Notes: generated by a model not told the origin, from the sequence alone. A stretch of 64,000 bases of DNA from Octopus vulgaris (GCA_951406725.2 OX597828.1:32798001-32862000); one strand, 5' to 3'. Counted from the stretch's first letter, positions 40,419 to 54,269 are shown. Numbers and translations are program-made.

Positions 40419-43055
40419 AGTCAAATAAAAGAATGTCTTTCATTCGAAGACTGCCGAGACGTGTAGATGTAAGGGAACAAATATACCTAAACAGCATTCC
40501 TGGCTTGAGTACTTGCAACAAAATACTTGCTAAAACAAATTAAAGAACAGGTGTTGTTATTAAACGGGAAGGATAACTGTTTGTTACCAGGGAATTCAGA
40601 ACGAGACAAATGGTTGATAAAAACATTATAAAGATATTGAGTCATCTTGTCCAACGAACTAACAATTCTGAATATCTACCACTTTGGAATGGGTCTTTAG
40701 CGGGATTTGAATTATGAGTGCAATAATTCCGAGCAAATAATGGAATTTTCGTTATACATTCAAGGAAAGAAGATCCATTATAAACCGCTCAGTTCACAAT
40801 GAATGACAGTACGTCGCTACTCAGCATTATAAGCGTAAAAGCAGTTGCCTTGTCAGACGAGCTTTGTGACCTCGGTCGTTATCAGAAATGGTGATACAAA
40901 ATAAAGAATTTAAACAATTTAATCCGCTTTATTAAGACTATAATATATTGGGGCTAGCATTTGTTTAATTAATGAGTGTTTTATTGACTCACAGGACTGA
41001 AGTCAGGACCTATTCATGACAAGTAGCACGAAACACAAAGATGGATCGATGACAGTAACAATAACAAAAACGAGATCCTTGATTCCGTTCAATGTTGTGC
41101 AAACTGCTACAAAACGCAACTAAATCCCACTCAGATCACACACTAACTTATAACACTAACAATATATTCCTTGATAATGAATAAGACGTGATACTCCTGG
41201 CTGGAACGTCTTTGATTTTAGATTTTTTTAGCAGGACTGCCTGGCCTAAACAATAGTATCAACATCATCAAATATAAAGAGCAGCAATAAATGTGTGACG
41301 AGCATTTTTTGTGTTATATATTCTCTCACATATCTGATTATATTAGAAGAACAAACAGCGGATCCCATACAGTCAGCAATATCCCAAACAACTCCGGGTG
41401 TAATGGAAAGTATATGCAAATATGTAAATGATGTTTACAGGGGCGATCAGTAAGAATAAGGGTGTATAAGTTGAGTAACTTCTTTCAATTTAGAATCTCT
41501 GATCACTGTATGTAATTTTATACCAGCCTTCAAATCTCATTTAAATTTCATTTATTTATTCTGCTTTTTAATTACTATATCAAGCAGCCAAGTAGTTAAA
41601 AATTTCTCTTTCTTTATCGGTTCGGTTTCGAGGATAGGGCTCTCCTCATAGCTTTCTAGTGACTTCCGGGGTCTGTCAGAAGGATGTTGTTAACTTGTCT
41701 GGTAAATAGTTTCAAATTGATAACTGCAGAGAGACATACAGAGGAGAGACAATAAGAAAGAGAGACGGCAATAGGTCTGTGAGTCATATTTGGAAAATTG
41801 GGTTTCTTTATAATGTGTTTATTGATTGAATTTTAACCCGATTTACCCTTCCTTGAAGTAGGGTGAAAAGCTAACTTAATGTTTATGTTAACTATAGATT
41901 ACTTTTCTGGACAAACGAAATCCATCAACCTAGATACGTCAAGTGTTTTGTTGTGTCGAAATAATTCGTTCAATACAATTTCCTTTCGATGAATTTCTCT
42001 CGTGATGAACTACGAACTATCTGTTATCAGAGATGTTACAAGGAGTGCAGCTGTATGAAATTATATAGAAATAATAACGGACTAAAAGATAACAAAGAGG
42101 CAGTGGGTAGAAGAGAGAAAAGAAAGGAGGTAGAGAGAGTAACTAATAACATGAGAGGAACTATCGGTTAACGACCTGAATGTTTTACCTTATTCGTACC
42201 TAATGGCCTTATAATTTAAACGAATGACTGGAAACTTACCTTGGGACGTCTGCTACATCGGAAAAGTATCACATAGTTGAAATTTCAATTAATTACGAAC
42301 ATAAACGACAACTTCAATTAATTATCAAGAAATTTAAATTAGTTGACAGTATACCCATGTTGATGAGAAATAATAATTATCTTATTGAGTGAGTCTTTGA
42401 AGAAATACGGAGAGCAGAACCCGGAATCTAAATTAATTATGATACATTAAATATAGAATGCAGTGGGGAGAGTGTGTGACCTTTGCTTCACATTACCAGA
42501 AAACTAGAATTCAATTAATATACAATTTCTTGATTCTCTAATTCTTGGATCGAAAGGAAATGGTGTTTCGTGTATTATATGGACACAGAAAAATACTTGA
42601 CGTTTCTGATTAAAGCTAACACATATAATTAGTTTCCTTCTGAATACCTTCGAAATATAACCAGAGATGTAACTAACAACTATTTGTTTCTGTAACATGT
42701 ATATGTAATGTATTCTTTTTACGTATCAATTCACAAACCTTGGCAGTCAATCGACTTATTACTCAAACCTGTGACTTTTCACATGTGCTCAATCAAAACC
42801 TGTAAAAAAAAATGGTTTGTCTGCTCTGCATTGGTGGCAGTCAGCTTTCTTTAAAAGAAACCCCTAATTAACGAGAGAGAGAGAGTCCTTTTTTCGCTTA
42901 TTTGATCAGCTACACAATGTGTAGATAATTAAATCTAAGATAAGCCATACCAGAATAAAAACGACAGGGCAATGGCTAAAATGCTTCGAACTTAACCTGT
43001 TGTCTCAGGGTTCGTCTGATGCTAAACAAGTAACACTAGCAGCAGATGTGACAAC

Positions 43056-43115
<60 letters not shown>

Positions 43116-43119
43116 TGTT

Positions 43120-43168
<49 letters not shown>
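43056..43168. repeat. (TAG)n microsatellite
   Basis: Direct reading. Confidence 0.95.
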
Positions 43169-43912
43169 AAAGAGGAGGAGAGGAAGGATAGGAGGAGAGG
43201 GATAATAGGAGAAGAAATAATTGTGTTTAGTCCAAATTGATTTGGGTTCTGGGATATGATAAAATCGACTAACCACGCCTCCATCTCCCAAATTTCAGGC
43301 CTTGTGCCTATAACAGAAGGTTTATTTACGTCGATATTTCGCTGTTTTCACTAATTCAACTATAAATTCTGTCACATTATTCGAGTTCATTTTGCTTTCT
43401 CGCCATCGAAATTTCAAGAACATTAAACAAGTTTCCTATTATTAAATTTACTTGATTCAACTACTTTTAACCAAGAAATTTAGAAAAATAGCAATTATTC
43501 AAGTTTAGATTTGAGAAAAAATAAAATAAAATTTACAAACAAAGTAATCAAAAATCTACTAATTCTAAACGTGTAGGGTAACTTTGTTGCAGAGTAATAT
43601 TAATTAAATTCAATGACTTCCGCAAATAAACAACATGCATCTAATCTAATGGATGCCTTAGTAACTAAATCAGATCGATGGGATCTCCATGTATTTTAGT
43701 TTTTGACTTTGTGTGAGCTGCGCAAAAGTTAACAGTTTGAAACCCGCTAACAGCAATACAACGTTTTATATTTTGTGCTCATTTTATTTCTCATTTCACA
43801 AGTGATTCGCAGAAATGTATTTATTGAGCTACAGTCGAACCACGGAAATTAACTACTATTGGTTTTTCAAAGATCTCATCGCTGTGGCAAGTGCGATTTT
43901 GATGAGGACTAT

Positions 43913-44001
<89 letters not shown>

Positions 44002-44177
44002 TATGTATATATATATACATACATATATATATATATATATATGTGTGTATACATATATGATGCATGTATATATGCGAGTGTACATATGTATATATATGTA
44101 TGTATATACGTATGCGTGTATACACATATATGATGCATGTAAGCATGTATGTATGTGTGTACATGAAAAAAATATAA

Positions 44178-44260
<83 letters not shown>

Positions 44261-44262
44261 CA

Positions 44263-44552
44263 GTGGAGGCGTAACGGCCAGCGGACTCGCGATCGTAGGA
44301 TCGAGGTTTCGATTCCCAGACCGGGAGATGTGAGTATTTATTGACCGAAAACACCTAAAAGATCTACGAGACCCCGGCAGAGGGTGGTTGTGATCCCTGC
44401 TGTATGCTGTACCCTTTCGCCACAAATTTCACTCACGCTTTCTTCTGTTCACCTGCTCGCTTAGCCAGCGGGGTGGCGTCATTTGATGGCTAAAACAATG
44501 CAAAACACATATGTAGCCTGGTAGCCTGGTCGGTCACGGTGATCATGGTGAT
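44263..44552 (+). mobile_element. tRNA SINE, head H2 + tail T3
   Basis: GGAGGCG..GCGGACTCGCG..GGTTTCGATTCCC B box, then GAAAACACCTAAAA domain shared with 60409-60793; distinct tail CCTGCTCGCTTAGCCAGCGGGGTGGCGTCATTTG. Confidence 0.85.
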
Positions 44553-44772
44553 ATACACATGCATACATATATGTATATACATATGAATAACCGTGTTCGA
44601 GTATTTGTGTCTGTGTGTGTGTTTAATCTTACATGCGCCTGACTTGTGCATTGACAGGAGTAATTACGCATCAATTCGGGCGTATATCAATAATTTGACA
44701 ATAAATACAACCGGTTAGGCAGATAGATTCTTAAAACTTTCAGGACGAGAGAACAGAAAAACCATGATGCTC

Positions 44773-44914
44773 GCAACCACCCTCTGCCGGAGCCTCGTAG
44801 ATCTTTTAGGTGTTTTCGGTCAATAAATACTCACATATCCCGGTTTGGAAATCGAAACCTCGAGCCTACGACCGCGACTCCGCTGGCCTAACCCCTGGGC
44901 CGTTGCGCCTCCAC
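44773..44914 (-). mobile_element. Head H2 SINE fragment, inverted relative to the 44263 copy
   Basis: Reverse complement of 44263-44392 with shared private variants. Confidence 0.85.
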
Positions 44915-45935
44915 TGTATGTATATATAAATATATAAATATATATAAATGACCTCTGTCATTTAGAGCACTGCACCTAAATATGGTCACCACACAGTAAA
45001 ATATTAACGGTGGAACTCCAAGCAATCCAGTGAAACTACACAAAAAAAATCGTCTACATGTAACGTGGGCAAGGCGGAAAAAATTAGGACTCTCCTCCCT
45101 AAAAACACGGCCGGAAAGATATGCAATGATGTACATCTAGATGATCCTGGATTGACTTGTAGGAAAGTTTGAAAGTTACACAGACGGCAGTACGGGGCGC
45201 CGCTACGTAAAGCCATATGTATATAAAACGCACACACACACACATACACTCACACATACACTCACACATTCACGCGTACACATTTATAGACTGATATATA
45301 AATATATGTATGTGTGTGTCTGTGTGCCCATGTATGTGTGTACGTGTGTTTTATATATATATGCCACTATGTAGCAGCACACACATACACACACAAACAC
45401 ACACACATGAACACATACACATCTATAGACTGATATATATGTGAGTGTCTGTGTCTGTGTTCGCGTGTGTATGTCTGTGTGTGTATGTGTGTGTTTTATA
45501 TATATGGTCTTATATAGTGGCACACACATACAAGAACACATACACATTACATGAGTGTGTATGTGTGTGCGGATGTATCTGTCTGTGAGGTGTGTGTATG
45601 TGTATGTACACACACACACACACACACACACATACACATATATATATATATATTTATATATATATATATATATATGTGACTGTACGTATTGGGATTCATA
45701 TAATAGTATAATGTTTGATATACTCTTCGCTTGCATACACAATGCATTTAATAGAGAAACACAGATCCACTCACAGACACATGGACTCTAACAAATATAC
45801 GCACACATGTGAACGCATATATGTATACTTTGATACATATGCATGCATACACACATGTATACATAAAAATATACATATATATATATATGTATATATGAGA
45901 CTATATAGATAGATAGATATGTGAGACTATATATA

Positions 45936-46009
<74 letters not shown>

Positions 46010-47909
46010 CATATATGTGAGAGAATTTTTCTGTAATTATATCTTTCCATGTTTTTATCTTCCTTTCTCTCGCAGATAAGGTATTTCATATGCATACATA
46101 TGAACATATGTGTGTACATACGTACATACATACATACATCCCGGAACACGTTCTCCTTGCATGTTTTATGAGACGCATGATAGTGCTAAATATATATATA
46201 TATCAGTGATAGAAGTGCATTTATCTCCTCAGGTAAAGTTGATAGTAATATCAAATCTCTATTTACCTAGTTGGTGACAAACAATTCCCCTAAATTGATT
46301 TATCTCATCATTCATAAATTCAAAATATGATATAAAACACACGCATACAAAGAAGAAGGGTTCCAGTAATGATAATCTCACCGATTTTTTTTTCTTTTGT
46401 TGCTGCAGTGAATAAGATATTGGAAAAACGGCAATTTTCTGGAAATTGACAACATAAAAATATTGATCAATCATTTTAGATTTCTCAATCAAATCATATG
46501 ACGACAGTGTATGATTGGGTTTTTCGTAAGGAAGGCTACAATCTGAGGTGTGTAGTATTCGTGCGAAATAACACCGTTAAGGTTTGGTATATGTGAATTT
46601 TAGGTAAATAATATATTAGAAAACATATCTTTTACTGGTCATTTAGATTTTGGAATAACATTTCAAAGAAAATCAATTCAATTCGCACTAATTGAAATTC
46701 TCAAGGACATTTATGTTTTTCACGAAATTTTTAGATAAATATATTTACGAAGTATAGTATTATATATTAAGATCAAAACATTTGAAAGTTGTTATGTATG
46801 ATATCTTTGAGGTAGGAATAAATTGACATGAACTTAGTGAAAGAACATAAGAGAGAAAATCCATAAATGAAAAATATAGAAATATAAACTTTCAGTTATT
46901 GCTTCATTGATGATTTAATGTAAGAAGTTAATACATCGAAACTTGGTACAGAGGTCAAATCTGCGAATGTTTGTGAATAGAAAGAGAAGGAAATTGAAGA
47001 GAACCAAGTGAATTGTAATGTTACTCAGGTATGCGAGATTAGCCTCGGGTGGTGTGGTAGTTATTGAGCGTCAGTGAGAAGCTTGGTGTATGCAAATGTC
47101 TATTTCGGTGAACAGGATTGGATTGATGTGAGGAAGTAAGGGAAGGGAAAGAGGTGAGTAAATAGCTATTTAGGGATGCTGTAATTGAAGGTGAGCATAG
47201 AAAGATATACGTGAGAGAGTGTAAGAAATCAGGAAAGAAGACAAGGCAAAGAAAGTGTTAAGTGAAATAAAGAAATAGAGAGACAGAGAGACAGAGAGAG
47301 AGAGAGAGAAGTATGGTGAGTGTAAGAGAAAGAATTGCAAATATCAAGTCGCTGTGAATTAGACCTGAAGTTGTAAAGATGCAACGAATATGAAATAAGG
47401 TTGCGTAGAAAAATAAACCAATACAAATATATGCTTAGCCAAAGCGATGTATGAAAGTAAAAGGAAGAGGAAGAAATTGAAAGCAAAAATACTGAAGGAA
47501 GAAATGTAGATTGTTGAAGAAAATCTGCCGAAATTCTTACAATGTATGATTTGAAGTTGAAGAATTTAAAGTTGGCAACGTGAACAGAAGCTATCAAACG
47601 GTGTTCTTGTTGATGTTGTTGTTGCTTATGGTTGTGGTGGTGCTGCTAGTGCACTCGTAGCACAAAGGAACACTGAGGGTCATACATGATCAGAAGAAAC
47701 AAAATGTTTCCACTAAGAGGAAAGAGATAAAGCAAAATACTGCAGTTAATATACTAGCCAGTTATTGCAGTCGGCTCAAGTCAATATTTCTAGACTCTGA
47801 ACATTAATAAACAGCTAATACCAGCGAATATTAGCGATACTCACACTTATTCCTTCATATTGGAATTAACGAATGCGTATAGGTATACAAACGTATATGA
47901 GTGTGTACG

Positions 47910-47978
<69 letters not shown>

Positions 47979-48064
47979 GTACATACATACATACTCGTAC
48001 ATACATACATACTCGTACATACGTATATACATGTACTCGTAAATATACATACATACGAACACGT

Positions 48065-48150
<86 letters not shown>

Positions 48151-48156
48151 ATATGT

Positions 48157-48190
<34 letters not shown>

Positions 48191-48247
48191 ATGTATATAT
48201 ATATATGTATGTATATGTATATGTATATGTCTATATCTATCTATCTA

Positions 48248-48294
<47 letters not shown>

Positions 48295-48428
48295 AGGAAA
48301 TTTAAATCCATTCAGAATCAGTTATATTACCTCGTTTATTTTCATTATGTCTCTCAATCATTCTTTCCTCTCTCTCTGTCTCTCTCATTCTCCCTCTCTC
48401 CTTCTCTCACTCTATCTCTCTCTATCGC

Positions 48429-48465
<37 letters not shown>

Positions 48466-48987
48466 CTCCCTCTTTCCCTTTCTTCATCATTATCATTGAT
48501 ACATATATCGTCGTTTGAAACACCATAACAATATGTTGACATAGACTTTCTCCTTGGAGATAACGTGCTCAAACAGCATTAGCATCTGAAGTCAGCTTGA
48601 TTGAATTGCATTCTATTCCGGTAGAATATTAAATGTACATCTTTGCTTTAGACATGTCATCTTACATTATAATCTGTGTTATAAGTTCCAATGAAAAGAA
48701 GAAAAAACTTATGCTGTTACCGATGGAGTTTCTATATTTTTGTTTCGTGTAGGAAATTGATATTACTCTCATATCTTGGGACTAAGGATCTGGCTTTCAG
48801 GAACTAGAGCCAAGTACGGGTTAATCGCAGAAATTAAGAAGGAATTGCAGGTTACAGCTATGTCTGTATGCATGTGTTTCTGCGTATGCACACACACACA
48901 TACACACACATAATATATATATATATATGTATATACATAGAAATATATAGATATAATTATATATATATAAGTGTATATATATATATA

Positions 48988-49038
<51 letters not shown>

Positions 49039-49221
49039 TTATACAGGGAGAGAGAGAGGGAGAGAGAGAGGGTGAGAGAGAGAGAGATAAAACTTACTTG
49101 GAAGAGGATGCGTGGCATTCGATCATATAATAATATAAATAATATATGAATATATGCATATATGCATATATGTACATACCTACATGTATATGTATATATA
49201 CGTGCATATATGTGTACAGGA

Positions 49222-49420
49222 CATCATTCGAAACGTGGAGTAGATAACACGGGAGGCAGCTGACGAACGGAATGTTCTTTATGTTGCCTGTCTCGTTTCT
49301 CTATGTGTTTCTTTCGTTGTTCGAAAAAAGTTCATTTTCCATGTTTTTGTTTCTTTATGTTCTCGTTTTTCATTTTGTTCACGGTCTTTTTTACGTCCTG
49401 TACCCATGTATGCATGCATA
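49222..49420 (+). mobile_element. Dispersed repeat with split HHR-like motifs (probable PLE-derived)
   Basis: TTCGAAACGTGGAGTAGAT..CTGACGA..CCTGTACCCAT; similar at 56615-56725 and 56924-57000. Confidence 0.55.
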
Positions 49421-49479
49421 TATACATATATATGTAGGTATGTACATATATGTATGTATATAAAAATATATATATTATT

Positions 49480-49511
<32 letters not shown>

Positions 49512-49554
49512 CATGCATACATGCAATACATATCATTTAGTATGTTATATATAT

Positions 49555-49715
49555 ATGGCTTTGTGTTAAGTAGCTTGCTTACCAACCACATGGTTCCGGG
49601 TTCAGTCCCACTGCATGGCATCTTGGGCTAGTGTCTTCTACTATAGCCTCGGGCCGACCAAAGCATTGTGGATTTGGTAGACGGAAACTGGAAGAAGCCC
49701 GTCGTATATATGTAA

Positions 49716-49793
<78 letters not shown>

Positions 49794-49800
49794 TTGTGTG
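49555..49800 (+). mobile_element. CORE-type SINE 5' half ending in (TA)/(TG)
   Basis: AAGTAGCTTGCTTACCAACCACATGGTTCCGGGTTCAGTCCCACTG..CTTGGGCTAGTGTCTTCTACTATAGCC..GAAGCCCGTCG. Confidence 0.85.
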
Positions 49801-49959
49801 TCAATCGGTGGTGTGCTTTCTAATGTTCGGCGTGCTACCTTTCATCAGACTAACAGGCTGAAACTTCGAGGTCACTGGCACCTATCTCTTTATAAAGTTT
49901 AATACACCTGTAATGTACTATATTAAAATGCATTGAGTAATTCTTCAATTTAATATTGG

Positions 49960-50150
49960 ATTCAAATGTTAGCGCAAGGCCCTCAATTTTGGGTGGGGTG
50001 TTAAGTCGACCCCTATTCTTGACTGGTATTTATTTTATTGACCTACGACGGATACAATCGACCTCAGCAGAAACTGAGGTGAGGACATAAAGACGGAGAG
50101 AATCCTGCATTTAGATCGGTATAATAAAATGTGTTCTAGCTTGCTGCTTT
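49960..50150 (-). mobile_element. Highly diverged Nin-like SINE
   Basis: GCAAGGCC..AATTTT, GTCGACCCC..ACTGGTA.TTATTTTATTGACC, CGACCTCAGCAGAA match the reverse complement of the family. Confidence 0.55.
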
Positions 50151-51919
50151 ATTCTTCAATTTAATATTAAATTATTTTTAGATATATTTTAACACAAAAA
50201 CGAACATGTACATATATGTGCCTGTATGTGTACAGGAAAAAATATTGTGATTGTATAATCCAGTCCAAAACACCTTTAAACTATATTACTAAAGAACACA
50301 AACAATGAAACCTTTGCAGACGTTTGGCTTTTCGGTTTCTTAACGCGTATAGCTAAATAATTCATTGATTAATCTTGACTTTTTGTAGTCTTCTACATAT
50401 ATTATAGAAATAGTATGTATATATACCTACGTACACACACACACACACACACACATACATGCACACTCAAAACGCCGTGAATTGACGCGATAATCTTTAA
50501 AGGATTAAGGATGGTAATTAGAGAAAGTTTACCGAAGGGTAGCACACTCATTATCATCCCTAGTTCCCTCTTCAAGAAGCGTTTGAACAAATTTGATGTG
50601 GACTTCGACAAAAAGTAAATTCATGCCTGTTTCATAAACCACACAGCCCTTTTCCTCATAGTTTTCATAGGTAAGAAAAATGCTTGACGTTCCGGGTCAA
50701 AGGATGTTGATGCGTGTTATTCTCAATAGAGATTGCTGATAATATGTTTCGATGGTAGATGGTAGTATATGCCCTAGGGAAGGTAGGATATCCGTGGATG
50801 TCGGGTGACGGCACTTATTTATGGACAGTTTCTTTCGATATTTCTGCTCTAGAAACCTCACCATCTAGAATATTCTGTTGTTTTTACTCTCTATGCTAAT
50901 AGCATCTATGAACTGTTATCTCATTATACGACCCTTCAAATTTCTTTTAGTGTCACAATTGTAAAATTTAGGTTTTAATCTTTATCAAACTAAACCGGAA
51001 ATACCGCTCCCGTTTAGTTTCGAGGCTGTCGGCAGCCGTTAGAGCATGCATGTACTTACTGAGCTGTCCTACTCTTCCTATATCACCACTTACCATTTTT
51101 TTGGTCACAAGGGCACTTATCTCCTACCTGTAGTTTGTTTTTAAATCTGACAAACTGAGGGTGAAATCCCTACCAATCCATTCGCTTTTCTGTCATCCTT
51201 GTATTGTATCGCCGCATGCAATTGTGCACCAGGTTAACATAAAGGCAAACGTCTCTTTTGTGTAGCCTCGGATTAAACCAAACGGTTCTGTCTACTGATT
51301 TGTAATAAGCTCTGAAGATGCCGATGCACCCTTCTGCAGAGTATTTGAAAACACTACAGAGTTTTTTCTTCTGGACATGTTCTTCCGTCCCCTCTTTTTC
51401 CTGTTCTGTTCTTTCCGGCACCTTCCTTCACACCTTTATCACCTTTTCCTTATAGCAAGACCACAGATGAGGACTTGTACAGAGTCCACAGAGAGTTCTG
51501 CTGCAATAGGGGGCCACCTGTCGTCTCAGTGTCCTACTCCGTTAGTCTACAATGCTGAAAGTACTAAAAACGAGGGATTTCCATCCCAATTCCTTTCCTT
51601 CTGGTTATTCTCAGTGCTGCAAATGGTTATACGACAGCCGCGGTCTTCATCCCTGAGGCTTGATACTATCTGTCACCATTCTCTTCGTTTTTACCAAAGT
51701 TTGAGGAGAATTCCACCAATTAGCGTTTAATCTGATAAATGTAGCAAGTTGGCTCTTTGCCGTGCGCCTACGGATGTATTGATTTCTTCTCCTCCAACGG
51801 GACAGCAACTACAGACTTCAACTCCGATATAGACTTACGTGACATATTTTCCTTTATTCTCACTTTCTGCATTTTTCAGATAATTCTGAGAGAGTCATCA
51901 TTTGTTTCTACAAATTTTA

Positions 51920-51998
51920 AACAGCTCTATGTCGTAGTGAATAAGAGCGCGGGCTACTAACCCCAAGATTCCGAGTTCGATTCCAGGCAGTAACCTGG

Positions 51999-52065
<67 letters not shown>

Positions 52066-52195
52066 CAACAACAACATCGAAAAATACCTTAGGAATGAGA
52101 ACCCAGGTCCGAAATTTCCCCCAAGACACCTCATGAAGGCTGGAGAATATACAACAAACAAGATGAGGATAAATATCCGTCAAATGTAAATAACG
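51920..52195 (+). mobile_element. Chimeric SINE: tRNA-like head + (AAT)n(AAC)n + PLE-type HHR-bearing tail; 11-bp TSD
   Basis: Anticodon-like arm GGG-CTACTAA-CCC, B box GAGTTCGATTCC (51973-51984), tail homologous to 25530-25660; TACAAATTTTA at 51909-51919 and 52196-52206. Confidence 0.75.
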
Positions 52196-52226
52196 TACAA
52201 ATTTTATGGTTAGCTACACCCCTCTC

Positions 52227-52522
52227 GTGGAGCCTAGTGATTAGAGCAGCGAACTCGCGGTGGAGGGAAAGCGGGTTCGAATCGCAGACCGGGCGATGTG
52301 TGTTTTTATGAACGAAACAACTAAGCTCCACGCGGCTCCGGCAGAAGGAAATGGCGAATTTCTGCTGACTCTTTCGCAACAACTTTCTCTCAATCTTTCC
52401 TCCTGCATTTTGCAAGCTCACTTGCGATGGACCGGACTCCCGTCCAGGTGGGGAACATATACGCCAAGGAAACCGGGAAACCGGCCCTAATGAGCCAGGC
52501 ATGGCTCGAGAAGGAACAAAAA
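52227..52522 (+). mobile_element. tRNA SINE, head H2 + tail T4; 11-bp TSD
   Basis: TAGTGATTAGAGCAGCG..GGGTTCGAATC head, CTAAGCTCCACGCGGCTCCGGCAG domain, tail TGCGATGGACCGG..CCCGTCCAGG..GAAACCGGGAAACCGGCCC; ACACCCCTCTC at 52216-52226 and 52523-52533. Confidence 0.88.
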
Positions 52523-52944
52523 ACACCCCTCTCTCGCTCTCTCACTTGTGCGTGTGTGTGTGTACAGACGAATAACTATATGTATATATATATATATCTA
52601 CATATATACGTGTGTGTGTGTGTGTGTCTGCATTAACAACTGAATATCATGTGCTACATATTTTAGCTATTATGATAGTTCCACCATAAGAGGTATTTTC
52701 ATGTTTTCCCAATGTCAATGACAGATCCCCAGTGAAAACCTATACCCCCATTGCTGTGTACCAATATCTATGTTTACTTTGTGAAGCATGAAATCTCATT
52801 GGCCGTTATTTTTTAGTGCGATTTTTGCTTAAAGGCTTTTCTTCTCTGATTCTCAATGTGCCTGTTGAAATATAAATGCATCTGTACCTGTGTTAGAGCG
52901 AAACGATCTGTTTGAAGGCATGAACTTTAGTTGGCTGTTGTACG

Positions 52945-53022
<78 letters not shown>

Positions 53023-53626
53023 TTAATAGTTTAATGAGGTGGTGTGTATCTGTTCCCAGTTGAAATAAATGTATGAATTTTTATATACGATGAAAGGGCA
53101 ATATGGCGTTTGATGAATAGCATAAGTTGTCTTTAAAACGTAAAGGAAGGATTCTTATTTCCTTTATTGGGTTTTTCAAAGTGAGTTATTTTGGTGGTGG
53201 AAGAGAAATAAGACAATTCATTGTATTCTGATGCATTCACTCCGCCAGAAAGATAGGAAATTTTTAGAAGGTTGGTTTATAAATGAGGTCACTGTTCGAG
53301 TATAATTAATCATGTTATGAAAAAATGTTTTAAGAGGTAAGAGAAAAGGTTCTGTACGAATATATTATCTGATGTGTGTATGTTGTTTTGTTTGGCAAGA
53401 CTATGCTTATACTTGTGAGAGTATCAATACATTGATTTCCTTTATTCACTGTTTCAAATTAGGCATTTCTTGTCTTATTATTAATGAATTCTACGATGTT
53501 TCGGTATTAATTGTGAATGGGATCGGATAAAAAGTTTAAACGCTTGAATTTCTGTCGAAAAACATTGGTTCTTTGAAAGATAGCGTGTGACTTATTTTAT
53601 CATACCACATTCAAACAGACAGACAT

Positions 53627-53718
<92 letters not shown>

Positions 53719-53760
53719 ATAGATAGACAGACAGGCAGACATACACATACATACATTAAA

Positions 53761-54080
53761 AGACTCCGCCGGTTACGAGGACGAGGGTCCCAGCTGATAC
53801 GATCAACGGAACAGCTTGCTCGTGAAATTAACGTGCAAATGGCTGAGCATTCCACAGACACGTGTACCCTTAACGTAGTTCTCGGGGATAATCAGCGTGA
53901 CACAGAGAGTGACAAGGCTGACCCTTTGAAATACAAGTACAACTCATTTTTGCCAGCTGAGTGGACTGGAGCAACGTGAAATAAAGTGTCTTGCTCAAGG
54001 ACACAACGCGTCGCCGGGAATCGAACTCACAACCTTACGATCATGAGCCGAATGACCTAACCACTAAGCCACGCGCCCTC
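53761..54080 (-). mobile_element. tRNA SINE, head H1 + Meta/CORE-like domain + tail T2
   Basis: GGCGCGTGGCTTAGTGGTTAGG..GAGTTCGATTCCC..TGTGTCCTTGAGCAAGACACTTTATTTCACG; tail nearly identical to 60419-60600. Confidence 0.9.
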
Positions 54081-54269
54081 ACTACATACATACATACATA
54101 CATATATACATACAAGTTTGTATTTATGTCAGTAATGAATATGTAAGGGAGTGGCGCTACGGACAGCTTAGCAGCGGTAGTTAGGTTTTCGTGTGTGATT
54201 TCTTTGGAATTGCTGTGTGTGTACGTACGTGTTTGTGTGGCTACGTATGACTGTGTACGTATGTGTTTG

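Noticed and set aside
41095-41260. Old dispersed repeat ending GCCTAAACAA, loosely similar to 3180-3360, 29450-29590 and 42900-43030
   Set aside because: Too diverged to align or classify reliably by eye.
49810-49852. Minus-strand CTGATGA..GAAAG hammerhead candidate
   Set aside because: No convincing stem II or cleavage triplet.
50690-51730. Possible decayed L1/Tx1 ORF1 region (also 32440-32760) and possible RTE remnant at 37270-37680
   Set aside because: Composition suggests old LINE sequence, but I could not read diagnostic motifs.
51921-51996. Functional tRNA gene
   Set aside because: Acceptor stem and D arm are decayed, and it sits in a TSD-bounded chimera. The other tRNA-like heads (250-329, 54010-54080, 60720-60793) likewise run into SINE bodies.
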